Shown piece after piece: positions 1-12,100 of a stretch of DNA of 64,000 bases. Position numbers and translations under genes: made by a program. Every line of letters begins with the position of its first letter. Position 1 is the first letter of the stretch. Origin of the DNA: Haliotis rubra (lineage: Eukaryota); contig NW_025767120.1 of assembly GCF_003918875.1 (NCBI RefSeq), positions 558,001 to 622,000 of the forward strand, in the 5' to 3' direction. The notes beneath the pieces were generated by a model. The model saw nothing but the letters and a program-made list of their open reading frames with translations, made no database searches and was not told the DNA's origin.

Positions 1-118
1 GATTTGTTGTATTTACATACCTGTTCAATGCCATTATATCATCTTCATTTTCAAACATGGAAGACATAAGTTTGACATTGTTGCGACTCTAACCAGTCCG
101 TGTCCTCTTTTCTCCCAG

Positions 119-3100
119 TGGCAAGTGTCAGCGAGTGCGCTGGAGATCCTGTGTAAACTGCTGCAGGACCACGAGATCCATGAGGACGACTTCCGCGACA
201 CTCTGGTGGACATCCAGGGGGGCGGAATCGTTTCCGCCAACAAACCCCCTGGACACACGCTGCTGCTGCACATGCTCAATGACTCTGGACTGCTCAAGAT
301 GGTGAGTCTGTAGAGACGAGTCACGGTGTCTTGCAGAGTTCCTGATTCTGTGGATGGATTAGATATGGATTACTCATCAACTGCCAGTGCTTCAAATTGA
401 TAGGTCATCTGTCACAGATATAATGTCAGTTTCATCACTTGTATACATTATGGCATAACATGTGTTTTCTCGATGCAGATCGTACCATGGATATAAACAT
501 GTGCCAATTAATTGACAGCATTTTAGAAGGTTTAGCATGTTTAGCTTGTATGAGCTCCCTACAGTGCTCCCTCTGTGTATTTCACAGGTACTGCGAGTGC
601 TAGATGAGACGGTTTCAATGTTTGAGCAGTACTCCAAAGTACCTGGTAAGAATCTTTTCCCACAATATACAATATATGAAGTCATGCACCCTAATTTTTG
701 TGTTGTATTTGTTTCTGTACTATATAATGTGACTATTTAAGGCAAATAGTTGTCAAACTTGTCTCAGTCAGTTCACCGTGAAGAGTTCTACAGTACAACT
801 CTCATCTGTCTACCTTATCTTTCAATCAATAAGCTAAAACACTGACCCACTGTTTGCAGTTAAATAAGATCTTGGTGTGTAATGTTGTGTTTCCCCATGC
901 CAGGCAAGGAATACCTAGAGAAAACAGCACTGCTTTGTTTGAGGATGATTGAGACGTCCCTTGAGAAGGAAGCACAGTTTGAGATGATGATCCGAGAGAC
1001 TGGGGTATCAATCATGGTGGCAGCCATGGACAAACTCTTGCTCAGCATCAACCCCCGCAGTGGCAAGGCAGATCATCTTGTCAATGTCGCCAAGTAAGTT
1101 TATCGTGTATATAAAAGTGTTCTGTGTTTTGCGCATATAAATGATTCATTCCTTTCTTGTTCCTAAATTCTACACTGAAGAATAGATATGCCATTGAATA
1201 GGATAATATGCAAGTTTGATGAAGAAATAAATAGTTAAAGTCCACCTGTCACCACGAGAGGGATCATGCGGCATTGGTAGATTATGAGAACTACTTTTTT
1301 GTGTGTGTATGAGTAGAGACATACAGCTGTGAAATGATTGTCACTAGTGGAAAGTATATTTGACTGAGAATCGGGTGTGATTCCCAACATGGGTACTATG
1401 AGTGAAGCTCATTTCTGGTTTTGGGGAAAAAACCCAACACACACACGCACGCACGCACGCCTGCACGCACACGCATGCACACACACACACACACACACCT
1501 GTTTTATGCATAATTTTTTAATATATTTATGTACAAAATTGCTGACCCCCTAAGTACATATGTATAAATTTGATGAACCCTCCTACCTCCCCAGAACAAA
1601 ATGTGTGACACCCTTAAAATCATCATATCATCATCATCAACAACAACAAAACACACACGCACACACTCGTCCAAGCCATAAATTATGAATGGTCCCTAAC
1701 CTGAATTTCCTCTGCAGGTTTGTGAGCTTGAACAGTTTCCTGCCCCACCAGTGCCTGTCTGCCGTCAGGGTCCTGTACCTGGTGTGTCAGGCTGCACCCA
1801 TCCAGGCCGACCTTGTTGCTCTCTTTACTGCAGACGAGGTAACACTAATGGTTCATAAAGAAATGTAAGATATCATCCTATTACATTCCATGAGGTCTAA
1901 CATATTCTCTTCTAGATTAATAGCTTTTAGGTACCTAAAGGTGCCTCTTTCTGTAAAAAACCCTGTTGTCTGTAGCTTTGAACGTGGCTTGTCTGATATG
2001 TGCTGTCTGTGTGTATAGGTGGCGAGCTCGCGTCTGCTGCAGGGAATTGTTGAATGTATTGAAACGGACGACAGAGAGGTGAAGCCAGAAGAGGCTGAGG
2101 ATGAGAATGAGAACACAAGTAAGAACTGTTGGACTGCCTTTAACATTATTTGTCTTTTGTGTGACATGTTCATATTCTTTTCGGAAAACTTATATAATGA
2201 CAATGATCCTTATTGGCTTGGACCTAACAAAACATAAGTGTACATATTATCTAACAGCTAAATGTGATCGTGTTTTTCAGAAGATGAGATCATACTGTCC
2301 CAGGTGAGGAACGCATCTCGTCAGCACATAATACAGTTGATGCTGCACGCCTTGGACCAACCAGCACCAAACCTTGCCCACTGGATGCTGGGCTTTGAAG
2401 TTAGGAAACCTGTGTCCAAAACCAACCTTCAAGATCCTGGTGAGTAGGGCTCCACCTGTCAGTAATGCTTGTATAATGGTGAGGCTTTTATAGAAAAGTC
2501 TTTGGTTGTATTCAACATTGATCTGAGAAAATGGAGGATGTTCATACTAAGTGGAACAATATTCCAGCTGTACCATGTTGGCTTCTCTCAAATTGTCTAT
2601 GGTTGATCTTCTTAAATCAAACATTTAATTGCCAAACTGTATTAGCTTAAATCTAGAGCACTTAGAGCATATTGCTGAGTGCAGCGTTCAACAACAAACG
2701 AACCAAATCATGAGGCGACTAATGGGAGTGGGTGGTCAGGCTTGCTGACACATATCATCATAACCCAGTTGTGTAGATCATTGCTCATGCTGTTGATCAC
2801 TGGATTGTCTGGTCCAGACTCGATTATTTGCAGACCACCCCATATAGCTGGAATATTGCTGAGTGTGGCGTTAAACAAACAAAACAAACAAATCATTATG
2901 TGTTCAGGTTATGAAAATGCTCTCAATAGATCTGAATCAAGTGTTTGTTTCCAGGTATACTTGGATCTGCTCGTACCTGCCTTCATTCTGTGCTAGCATT
3001 CCTCGGTCAGGGGGTCGGAGCCCGCAGTGGGCCAGTCTGTCTGATGGAGGCACCACGACTGGCCGAGCTTGCATACAATCTCATTTACGTATTGTGTTCT

Positions 3101-6100
3101 AACAAAGACACATCTGCACCAACTCTGAGATATCTCCGAACCACACACAACTTCCTGTATAACCAGCTACAGCACCTGCCCTTCAGGGAAGAAGAATATG
3201 GTATGTGAATGTCTTGTTTGTCCAGTAACATTAGGGGCAACTCTGTCGCTTTCCCTGTACAAATATTATAAAGCAAAGAATAATAAGTCCAATTTTTAAC
3301 TAATCCTGCACTACTTACTTCCTGCACTTATTGCTTACGGCTCGAAAAGCGTGGCTTGCCAGACGATGTCAAAAAGACGTAGAACTGCAATCACTTCCTG
3401 GTCTCGGCTGCTTACTCCTCGCGATGCTGCCACCGAAGGTGACGCCAGCCACCTCAGATTATTGCTTTTTCGCGATCTCGCTAGACGGTTGTTTGCCAGC
3501 TCAACTTGTATCCTACGGGATTATATTTTGTGAAGCATTAATAAAGACTGACTTTGTGTGTATTTTGTTTTTGTACCTCTCACGAGAAGTGTAGGTATTA
3601 TCTTTCACTTTCTTTTTGTCATTCAGTAGTTCTGTGTAGTGATGTCGCTAAGTTTATACACGGTCCCGCCATCACACTTTCACTTCGCCATTAAAACACT
3701 TTGCCGTATTTGATAACGTCGTTGTGTTTCATTTGGTTCAGGCTTATATACTATACCATATAATAGTGGTATATTTATTGTGCCTGTATTATGGTCTCTT
3801 AAACTTTCAGTTGTTTTGAGACTTTTGTTCTCAACTTTGCTGTTATATTCATTACTTTGTATGTGCGTTTACTGGGTTTTCTGCTTCATTGCAGATCTAT
3901 GTACAGCGCCAGTTGTATACATTGTAGGGGTGGGAAGTCTCGTAAAGACCCTCATCCCCGATGTTTGAATTGTACTACTCAATGTACCCCTGGCCATAAA
4001 TGTGCCAGCTGCGCTGTGCTATCACCCAAGAGTTTCTCCGATATATTGAGGCAGGGGTTTCGGCTCCCCCTCCTCTCCGATCCACCTCTGACAATGTTCC
4101 CGTTCCGTCACAATCACTCTCAGGTTCAACACAACCTTCTAGCGGAGAACATAGCGATTTTGTTGGAGAAAAGAGCCATCGAACTCCTCCCGTATCCCAT
4201 CATAACACCAGGGTTTTATTCTCCAGTATTCTTAGTGCCGAAGAAAGGGTCCGCGAAAATGAGGATGATTCACAATCTGTCCTATTTCAACGAGACTTTC
4301 CTGGAACGTCCTCCGCGACTCGAATGACGTCCCTCGAATACCTCAAATCTATGGTATGCGCCAGCGACTTCCTCATCAGCCTGGACCTACAGGATGCATA
4401 CCTCCATGTTCCAATCGCCCCAGCCGCAGGAAGTACCTGCGCTTTATTTTCAACAATCAACATTTCCAATGGGCTGTCCTCCCATTTGGAATTTCAACGC
4501 CCCGTGGTTGTTCACACGCATCACAACTCCTATTTCCGGTATCTGCATTTGAGGGGCATCAATTTCGACCCGCACCTGGACGCATTGCCTTATGCACCTG
4601 TTAGACCGTCTACTTCTTATACAACAACGGGATTTCACCTTCTTTTCGTCTGTTGCCAACTAGGGTGGCTGGTCAACTTGGACAAATCGTAGCTTGTCCC
4701 GACTCACACTCTGACGTTCATCGAAGGCCATTTCCAGATGGACAAGAACCTAGTTCAGATTCCCCTGGACAGGTGGGACAAGATTCAGTCTCTGATTCCA
4801 CGTCGCGCTCTCCCAACCTCTGTCCCTCAGAGAGTGGCAGTCACTTCTGGGATTGTTGGCGCCGGGCGCAGGATCTTACCAGCAGAGGGCGTCTTCAACT
4901 TCGGGTCCTCTGCAGCTTTCTTCAACCATACATTCGCCGGGCAGGCGTTCATCAACGGTTTTGCCTTCCACCTCAGTTACATCGCTATCTTCTTTGGTGG
5001 ACTTCGCCCATTGAGCGTCTTAGGAGGAGTCTCTTTGACAGAGCAGCCTCGGATTGCCAACTGTTCGTGGGCCTTCCCCTGCAGGGTTAGGTGCTCACTT
5101 ACACGCGACCAGACAGCCTCCGGCCTGTGGTCGGGTCAACACATCAACTGGCATATAAACAGTCTGGAGTTGGAGGCCGTGGATCCTCGCTATTCATCAT
5201 TGGGCACATCGACTACGCAGGAACTTGTCTTCTAGTGGCTACAGACAACACCGCGGTCGTATGGTACATAACGAAGGCAAGGGTCGACACACTCACAGCT
5301 TCTCCTCGATCAGACCTTTCGCTCTTTCAACTGGTCGACGATCTCCACATTCTGTTGAGAGTTCGGCATATTCGGGTGCCGCAATATACTAGCAGACGCT
5401 CTCGAGACCGACAGAGTTGCTCCCACGAGTGGATGCTACACTAAGGAGGCCTTCACTCTCTTAAGTCACGCACTGGGTTCTCCAAACATAGATCTGTTTG
5501 CCACCAGCCAAAACCATCAACTGCCAGTGTATGTGTCCCCAGTCCCAGATCCAGCAGCTTGGGCGGTGGATGCTCTCAGCCTATCATGGGAGGGACTTCA
5601 CGCAGCATTATCGCGTTCCGCCACCAGTTCTATTACCCAAAGTTCGCGAAAAGTCAAGGAGACAACTTGCTTACGACTAATTTTGGTCGCGCCTTGGTGG
5701 CCAGCCAGGAACTGGTTTCCCGTTGTACAAAGTCTAGTGGTAGGAGATCCCTTCCCTCTACCCACGTGGAGGAACGTTCTCGTGCACCCTCACAGCCGTC
5801 TTCCGCATCCGGCTCCAGACCGATTCAATCTGCACGCATGGACCATTTGCAGAAAGCACTGAGTGCTAAGGGTTTTTCGGCTAGAGCAGCCAAAGCCATT
5901 GCGACAGCGCACAGATCTTCTACTAGACATTTGTATGACGACAAGTGGCAGTCGTTTGAACGTTTTTTGTGTTACCAGAAGCAGGATCCGCTGACTGTGT
6001 CTCCTCAGTTCATAGCAGATTTCTTACTTTATCTCCGAGCGTCCAGGCGTCTGAAGGGAGGCACCATTGCCAACGCATTTGGCGGCAATTAGCTCTGTTT

Positions 6101-9100
6101 TTAGCGATTCCCACTGACAGAAGGATTTCCAAAATCCCAGAATTACAGGCCATGCTTCACTCATTCCGACTTGAAGACCAGAAGTTGAAGTTTCGTCTGC
6201 CGGCATGGAATCTCAACACTGTTTTAGACCATCTCCGTGGTGCACCTTATGAACCTCTTGATAACGCTTCCCTCGCTGATTTATCCGGGAAGACGGCATT
6301 TCTGTTGTCATTAGCGACTGCGGCTAGAGTGAGTGAGGTTCACGCCCTTGACGTGACTAGGATCAAGTTTGAGCGTCGTCGTCATGGTTCTGTGCACTTA
6401 GGTCTGTGTTGGGATTTCATCGCTAAAACCAACTACCAGGTCAACCTGATCGCCAGTTTTCCATCCGCCATTATCATCTATTGTTGGCTCTGAAGGCGAT
6501 CGCGGAATTACTGTTATGTCCGATTCGTGTGCTCAAAACTTACATTGATCGCACCAAAGGCGTTAGGTGGTACAAGGAAGCGGTTATTTCTTCCACTGTC
6601 CCAGGCGTCGCAGTCAGATGTCAGCAAAAACACTATTGCCTTATGGTTAAGAACAACCATTCTTCAGAAAGTATAAAGCGGCTCGCGCTGGACCCTCCTA
6701 CGTCCTCTCATCCCCACGAGATTCGAAAGCACTTGCTTCGACTATGGCACTTCACAGTAATTGCACTGTGTCATCCATTATGCAAGGTTGTTTTGGCGGT
6801 CGGACACAGTATTTGCCAGTCATTACTTGCGTGACATGGCTGTCAAGGGCGTTAATGATGTCCACAGCCGGACCATTGGTGGTTGCTCAGCAACTTCGCC
6901 ATTCCCCGAAGAAAGTGACCCTCCTGCCTTGTGTTTCCTTCCACGGACCACCATGTGGGGAATGAGTTGTTTTTCTTCACAAACAACTAGGTATGTCAGT
7001 TAAGGAGTTATCCTTGTTTTTCAAGTCCATGCTTTTGCTGCATTCCTTAAGCCGCCAGCTTTAAAATTAGTGGGTTCTTTTCATTTAAGGCCGCAGTCTT
7101 ATTGGCGAATTACCGCTACCTGATCGTCACCGCTAATTGGCTCTCTGTTATAGGCGTTATCAACGCCTTCCCGTTAACGGATTACGGATTGAGCTGGCTG
7201 CTATTACGCAGTGGTATGATCCCTCAGATGACACGCCCACCTTCCAGCCTGTCGGATAAAGTGCAGGAAGTAAGTAGTGCAGGATTAGTTAAAATTAAGT
7301 AAAATCTAAATATTTTTTATATTTGTATACTTATCCTGCACTACTTATGATAAGGGCCCACCCTGTGCTATCAGCTACCTCCCCGCTTAGTTTTGCCATC
7401 TGTGGGATTTCTAAGCAATAATCTGAGGTGGCTGACGTCACCTTCCGGTGACGCATGCGCAGACGAGTAAGCAGCCGAGACCAGGAAGTGATTGCAGTTT
7501 TGACATCGTCTGGCAAGCCACGCTTTTCGAGCCGTAAGCAATAAGTGCAGGAAGTAAGTAGTGCAGGATAAGTATACAAATATAAAAAATATTTAGATTT
7601 TACTAAAATGTTCAACATGGCATGGCTGGGGTGGCTACTTAATGAATGATTATGACGGCTCTGTATGAGTCTTTACTTTTCCCAGGTCATCCAGTGATAA
7701 GTCACCAGTCCTGGCTGTTGAAGACGATAGCTATAGAGTTGCGGATCACATCCTTGAACCGCCAGCGCTCACACACTCAGCGCCTCCTTCGTCTTTTGCT
7801 AGCTGACACTGATGATGAACAGACATACGGTGGGTCCAGCTGCAAGTGTATTTCAGCATATTTTCAATTTTACATTTGAATGGTAGCTTTCATATCTTAG
7901 GATTTGATGTAATTTCAGAAAGTATTATATGTCAAGGAACCATATCAATGTAAAGCGATGTGTTCAACTTTCAGTGATGCAGCCTGTGGGTACTGATGAG
8001 GGAGAGTTGTCCACCTGGGACAGGGACCCAAGCTCCTTCCTTGGGGGGCATAACCGATCACTGGCTGTTCAAGGTGAGGGGGAGGGGTCACTGGCTGTTC
8101 ACTGTTCAAGGTGATGGGTAGGGGTCACTGGCTGTTCACTGTTCAAGGTGAGGGGGAAGGGCCACTGGCTGTTCAAGGTGATGGGTAGGGGACACTGGCT
8201 GTTCAAGGTGAGGGGGGGGTCATTGGCTGTTCAAGGTGAGTGGGAGGAGTCATTAGCTGTTCAAGGTGTAGGGGAGGAGCCATTGTCTGTTCACGGAAAT
8301 TGGGAGTGGTCACTGGCTGTTCAAGATGAGAGGGAGAGGTCATTGACTGTTCAAGGTGTAGGGGAGAGGTAATTGGCTGTTCAAGGTGTAGGGGAGGACT
8401 GTTCAAGGGAATAGGGAGTGGTCACTGGCTGTACAAACTGTTGAAGGTGAGAGGGAGGGGTCATTGACTGTTGAAGGTGAGGGGGAGAGGTCAGTGTCTG
8501 TTTAAGGTGAGAGGGAAGTGTCACTGGCTGTTCAAGGTTAGGGGGAGGAGTCATTGGCTGTTCAAGGTTAGGGGGAGAAGTCATTGGCTGTTCAAGGTGA
8601 GGGGGAGGAGTCATTGGCTGTACAGACTGACACAGAGTTTCATGTCACCTCCTCTCCTGCCCACAGCCCAGCAGACTCGGCGGAAGCTGCTGTGTATCTT
8701 GGACTCCATCAGTTTTGCTCAGCAGTTTCCTGTTGGACTCCAGCTGGACTTCTTTGATCCAAAGCTGATTGAGCAGGTGATCACAAGCTGTGAAACCAAG
8801 ACCAAGACTGGAATAGTGGTTTGTGATGTCCGCAACCTGCGTCGGATCCTCATCAACGAACTCAACAATCAGCAAGGCACCATGATGGCTGGTCAGAGGC
8901 CTCTCATTCAAGAGGTAATGTCACAGTGTTAGGCATAATCATAAACCATAATTATTATTCTCATACCCTCATGTAACACTGACACGCTGTGATACAACTG
9001 AAATACTGATTGAAGTAGCGTTTAACCAAACTCTCTAACACAAGCACTGAATGTTGATATCGCAGGAGATCCAGAACATCCTGAGCACAGTGGTAGCCCG

Positions 9101-12100
9101 GAACTCTGTCAGGGAAAGTCTGTATGTCAAGCGCCAGTCTTTCGAGGCCTGGCGACAGGTGACCGAGGTCCTCTTGACAGCCTGCCCTGAAGATGTTCTC
9201 ATGGGGGAGGTCAGGCAGATGGTTATCTTTGAGGTGCTCCAGGACCTGCTGGTCAAAGTGAGTAGAGACGAGGGGGGAACTAGGTGTCGGTGACCTGACC
9301 CGTCATGGCGACAGTCAATGTGAGTATGGACAGCAGGGAACTAAGTGCCATGAAGACAATAAATATATCAATCTGACCTAGCCACAGAGACAGTCAAAGT
9401 TTAGTAGGGACGAGAGGTAACTAGCTACTGGGGGAATGCTCAGCACTCTGACAGTCAAGGTGCAACAGGTTTAAGAACTGAGAACTGACTCAGCCACTTA
9501 TTATATCTTTTCAGGTCAGTTGACTGATGCAGGATTCTGAAAGAGCAGCAATTTTTGTAGTGAGAAATCTTTGGCTATATTAAAAGGATTCCTGATTTAA
9601 CAATGGATAATTTATTATCTCACAGTATGTCACCAGTGACGATGTTTACTCCACAGGTGGCTGATGATGATGCAATGCCTGAATCAACTGGCCCTGTAGC
9701 GGGGGTCATTCTCACTCTTATGGCTAATCTGCGTCAGTGCTTCCTGTCCGACACTGCACCATCCACCTCCTCTGCTGCGCAGAACACATCACAGTATGTA
9801 ACCATGCTGGACCGTTCAGTGCTTCCCTCTGCTGGCAGTGCTGTGGGGTCAAGGACACTCTTCGCTTCCTCCCTGCAGATGGTGCTGAAGGGCGTCCTGG
9901 ACTACATCCTGCGAGCTGGTGAGCTTCATCTTCTTAATGTTTACTTTGCTATGAGATTATTATCAGGTCTATCAACTGCTTTAGACAATTACATCATTTA
10001 GCACAAACCTTAGCACCAGGATCTGTCAACCCAGGTTCACACTTCAAGCACATTTACATTATTTACCTTGGTCGCCAGCTGCAACCCCAGACCCAGCCAC
10101 TGTCATAATCCTCTATGACTTGCTTGCCCCTCACTTCGAGCTAAGATTATGTGATGCTATTGAAAATGTTCAAAGTGGTGTTAAATCCACAAGTGTTTTG
10201 GCCTTTGGATCAATCTTTGAAAACTTGTTTTACATTTGACAAAATGCTGTGTGTCAGGTGGTGGTGCCCAGCGAGTCAGGGCAAACCTATATGGAGCCCT
10301 GCTGTACTACCTACAGATAGCTCAGAAACCTGCAGCTGTCCCTCAGCCAAAAGGTAGGTAATAGTGAACCGTGACAATGAGTGTTTTTATACTATTTACA
10401 TAGCACTGCAATCTGCAACTGTTACTCAGTCAAAGTGTAGACAGTAGGTGAAACAGGCTTCATCATTACACTAAGCAGACTGAATAGTTATAAACACAAA
10501 ACTACACGCTCATTCTTATATCATTTTTTGAAGCTGTTGATCTGCATCGAAATAGAAGAGATTATTACCATGTCATAACAAGGAAGTATCTTGTCTTGTA
10601 GGGGAGACAACCATTTTAGTCACTACTGTTGCCACTGCAAGTAGGAACATCATTACAGTTGAATAATTTATTTCTGTCTACTTCAGGCAAGGAGAGCGAG
10701 GGAATGTCTCGAGTATTAGGTACAAAGGAAACTGAGTATGAACAGCTGTCTAAAGAGAACCTGTCCACCATCTTGTCATATGGCGACAGTCTGATGGAGA
10801 CTGTGTGTCGGGATGCTTGTGATGGACATGATATTGGAAGGGTGAGCAAATTGTAAATAAAGCTGAAACATAGTTCACATTACAGCACCTTCTGTGGGTT
10901 TGAGGGCAGAAGCATTGCTATATTTGTCAGGTGAGGTGATCCCTCTTGTGCCTTCCAGAACAGATTCATTTTTTAATTGTTGAAATATGCTTACTACATG
11001 TCTGGTTGTGCTAATTGTCAAACGGAGACATATGTTCAAACACCCTCTGTGGCCAATGAGTAGAGTGTGTGTGCATGGCTGCTAATGCATCTAATAATGA
11101 GTGCAGCCAAATAGGGATATATATGTATGCTGCAGCTGAAAGTGTGGCTTGTAGCCAGCTAGTGATGTGTATGCTGCAGCTGAAAGTGTGGCTTGTAGCC
11201 AGTGAGTGATGTGTATCAGTTGCTGTAGGAGTGGCTTGTAGCCAGTGAGTGATGTGTATCAGTTGCTTTAGGTGTAGCTTGTAGCCAGTGTGTGATGTTT
11301 GTTTGTTGCTGCAGGTGTTGCTTGTAGCCAGTGAGTGATGTGTATCAGTTGCTGTAGGAGCGGCTTGTAGCCAGTGTGTGATGTGTATCAGTTGCTGTAT
11401 CAGTTGCTGTAGGTGTGGCTTGTAGCCAGTGAGTGATGTTTGTTTGTTGCTGTAGGTGTGGCTTGTAGCCAGTGAGTGATGTGTATCAGTTGCTGTAGGT
11501 GTGGCTTGTAGCCAGTGAGTGTGATGTGTATCAGTTGCTGTAGGTGTGGCTTGTAGCCAGTGTGTGATGTGTATGCCAGTTGCTGTAGGCTTGTAGAGTG
11601 GCTTGTAGCCAGTGTGATGTGTGTATCATGCTGCAGCTGTAAAGTGTGGCTTGTAGCCAGTGATGTTGCAGCCAGTGAGTGCTTGTAGCCAGTGAGTGAT
11701 GTGTGTATCATGCTGCAGCTTGTTGATGTGCTGTAGGTGTGGCTTGTAGCCAGTGAGTGATGTGTGTGTGGCCTGTATCAGTTGCTGTAGGTGTGGCTTG
11801 TAGCCAGTGAGTGATGTCATGCAGTTGCTTGTGTGTGGTGTGTGGCTTGTAGCCAGTGATGTGATGTGTATCAGTTGCTGTAGGTGTGGCTTGTAGCCAG
11901 TGAGTGATGTGTATCAGTTGCTGTAGGTGTGGCTTGTAGCCAGTGAGTATTGTATCAGTTGCTGCAGGTGTGCTTGTAGCCAGTGAGATGTTGTGTGTTG
12001 CAGTTGCTGTAGGTGTGTTGTCAGTTGCCAGGTGTGGCTTGTAGCCAGTGAGTGATGTGAATGTGTTCTGTGGGTGAAGGTTGTAACCACTTTGTGATGG

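Larger units (their letters stand above)
3291..7606 (+). mobile_element. DIRS1-like tyrosine-recombinase retrotransposon (internally deleted, frameshifted) in a NUP205 intron
   Basis: Left ITR ~3291-3467 is inverted relative to right ITR ~7412-7604. The ICR at ~7257-7347 is complementary to both element ends. Coding remnants in order: RT (GFYSPVFLVPKK, LDLQDAYLHVPI, LPFG), RNase H (HINSLELEAV, TDNTAVVWYI), methyltransferase-like (DLFATSQNHQLP..AVDALSLSW), tyrosine recombinase (ARVSEVHAL, HEIR, FASHYLRD). No TSD. Confidence 0.95.

Noticed and set aside
8148-8614. ORFs with repetitive peptides (HWLFKVRGRS, PPHLEQPMT)
   Set aside because: Translations of the 30-bp intronic minisatellite; no evidence of coding function.
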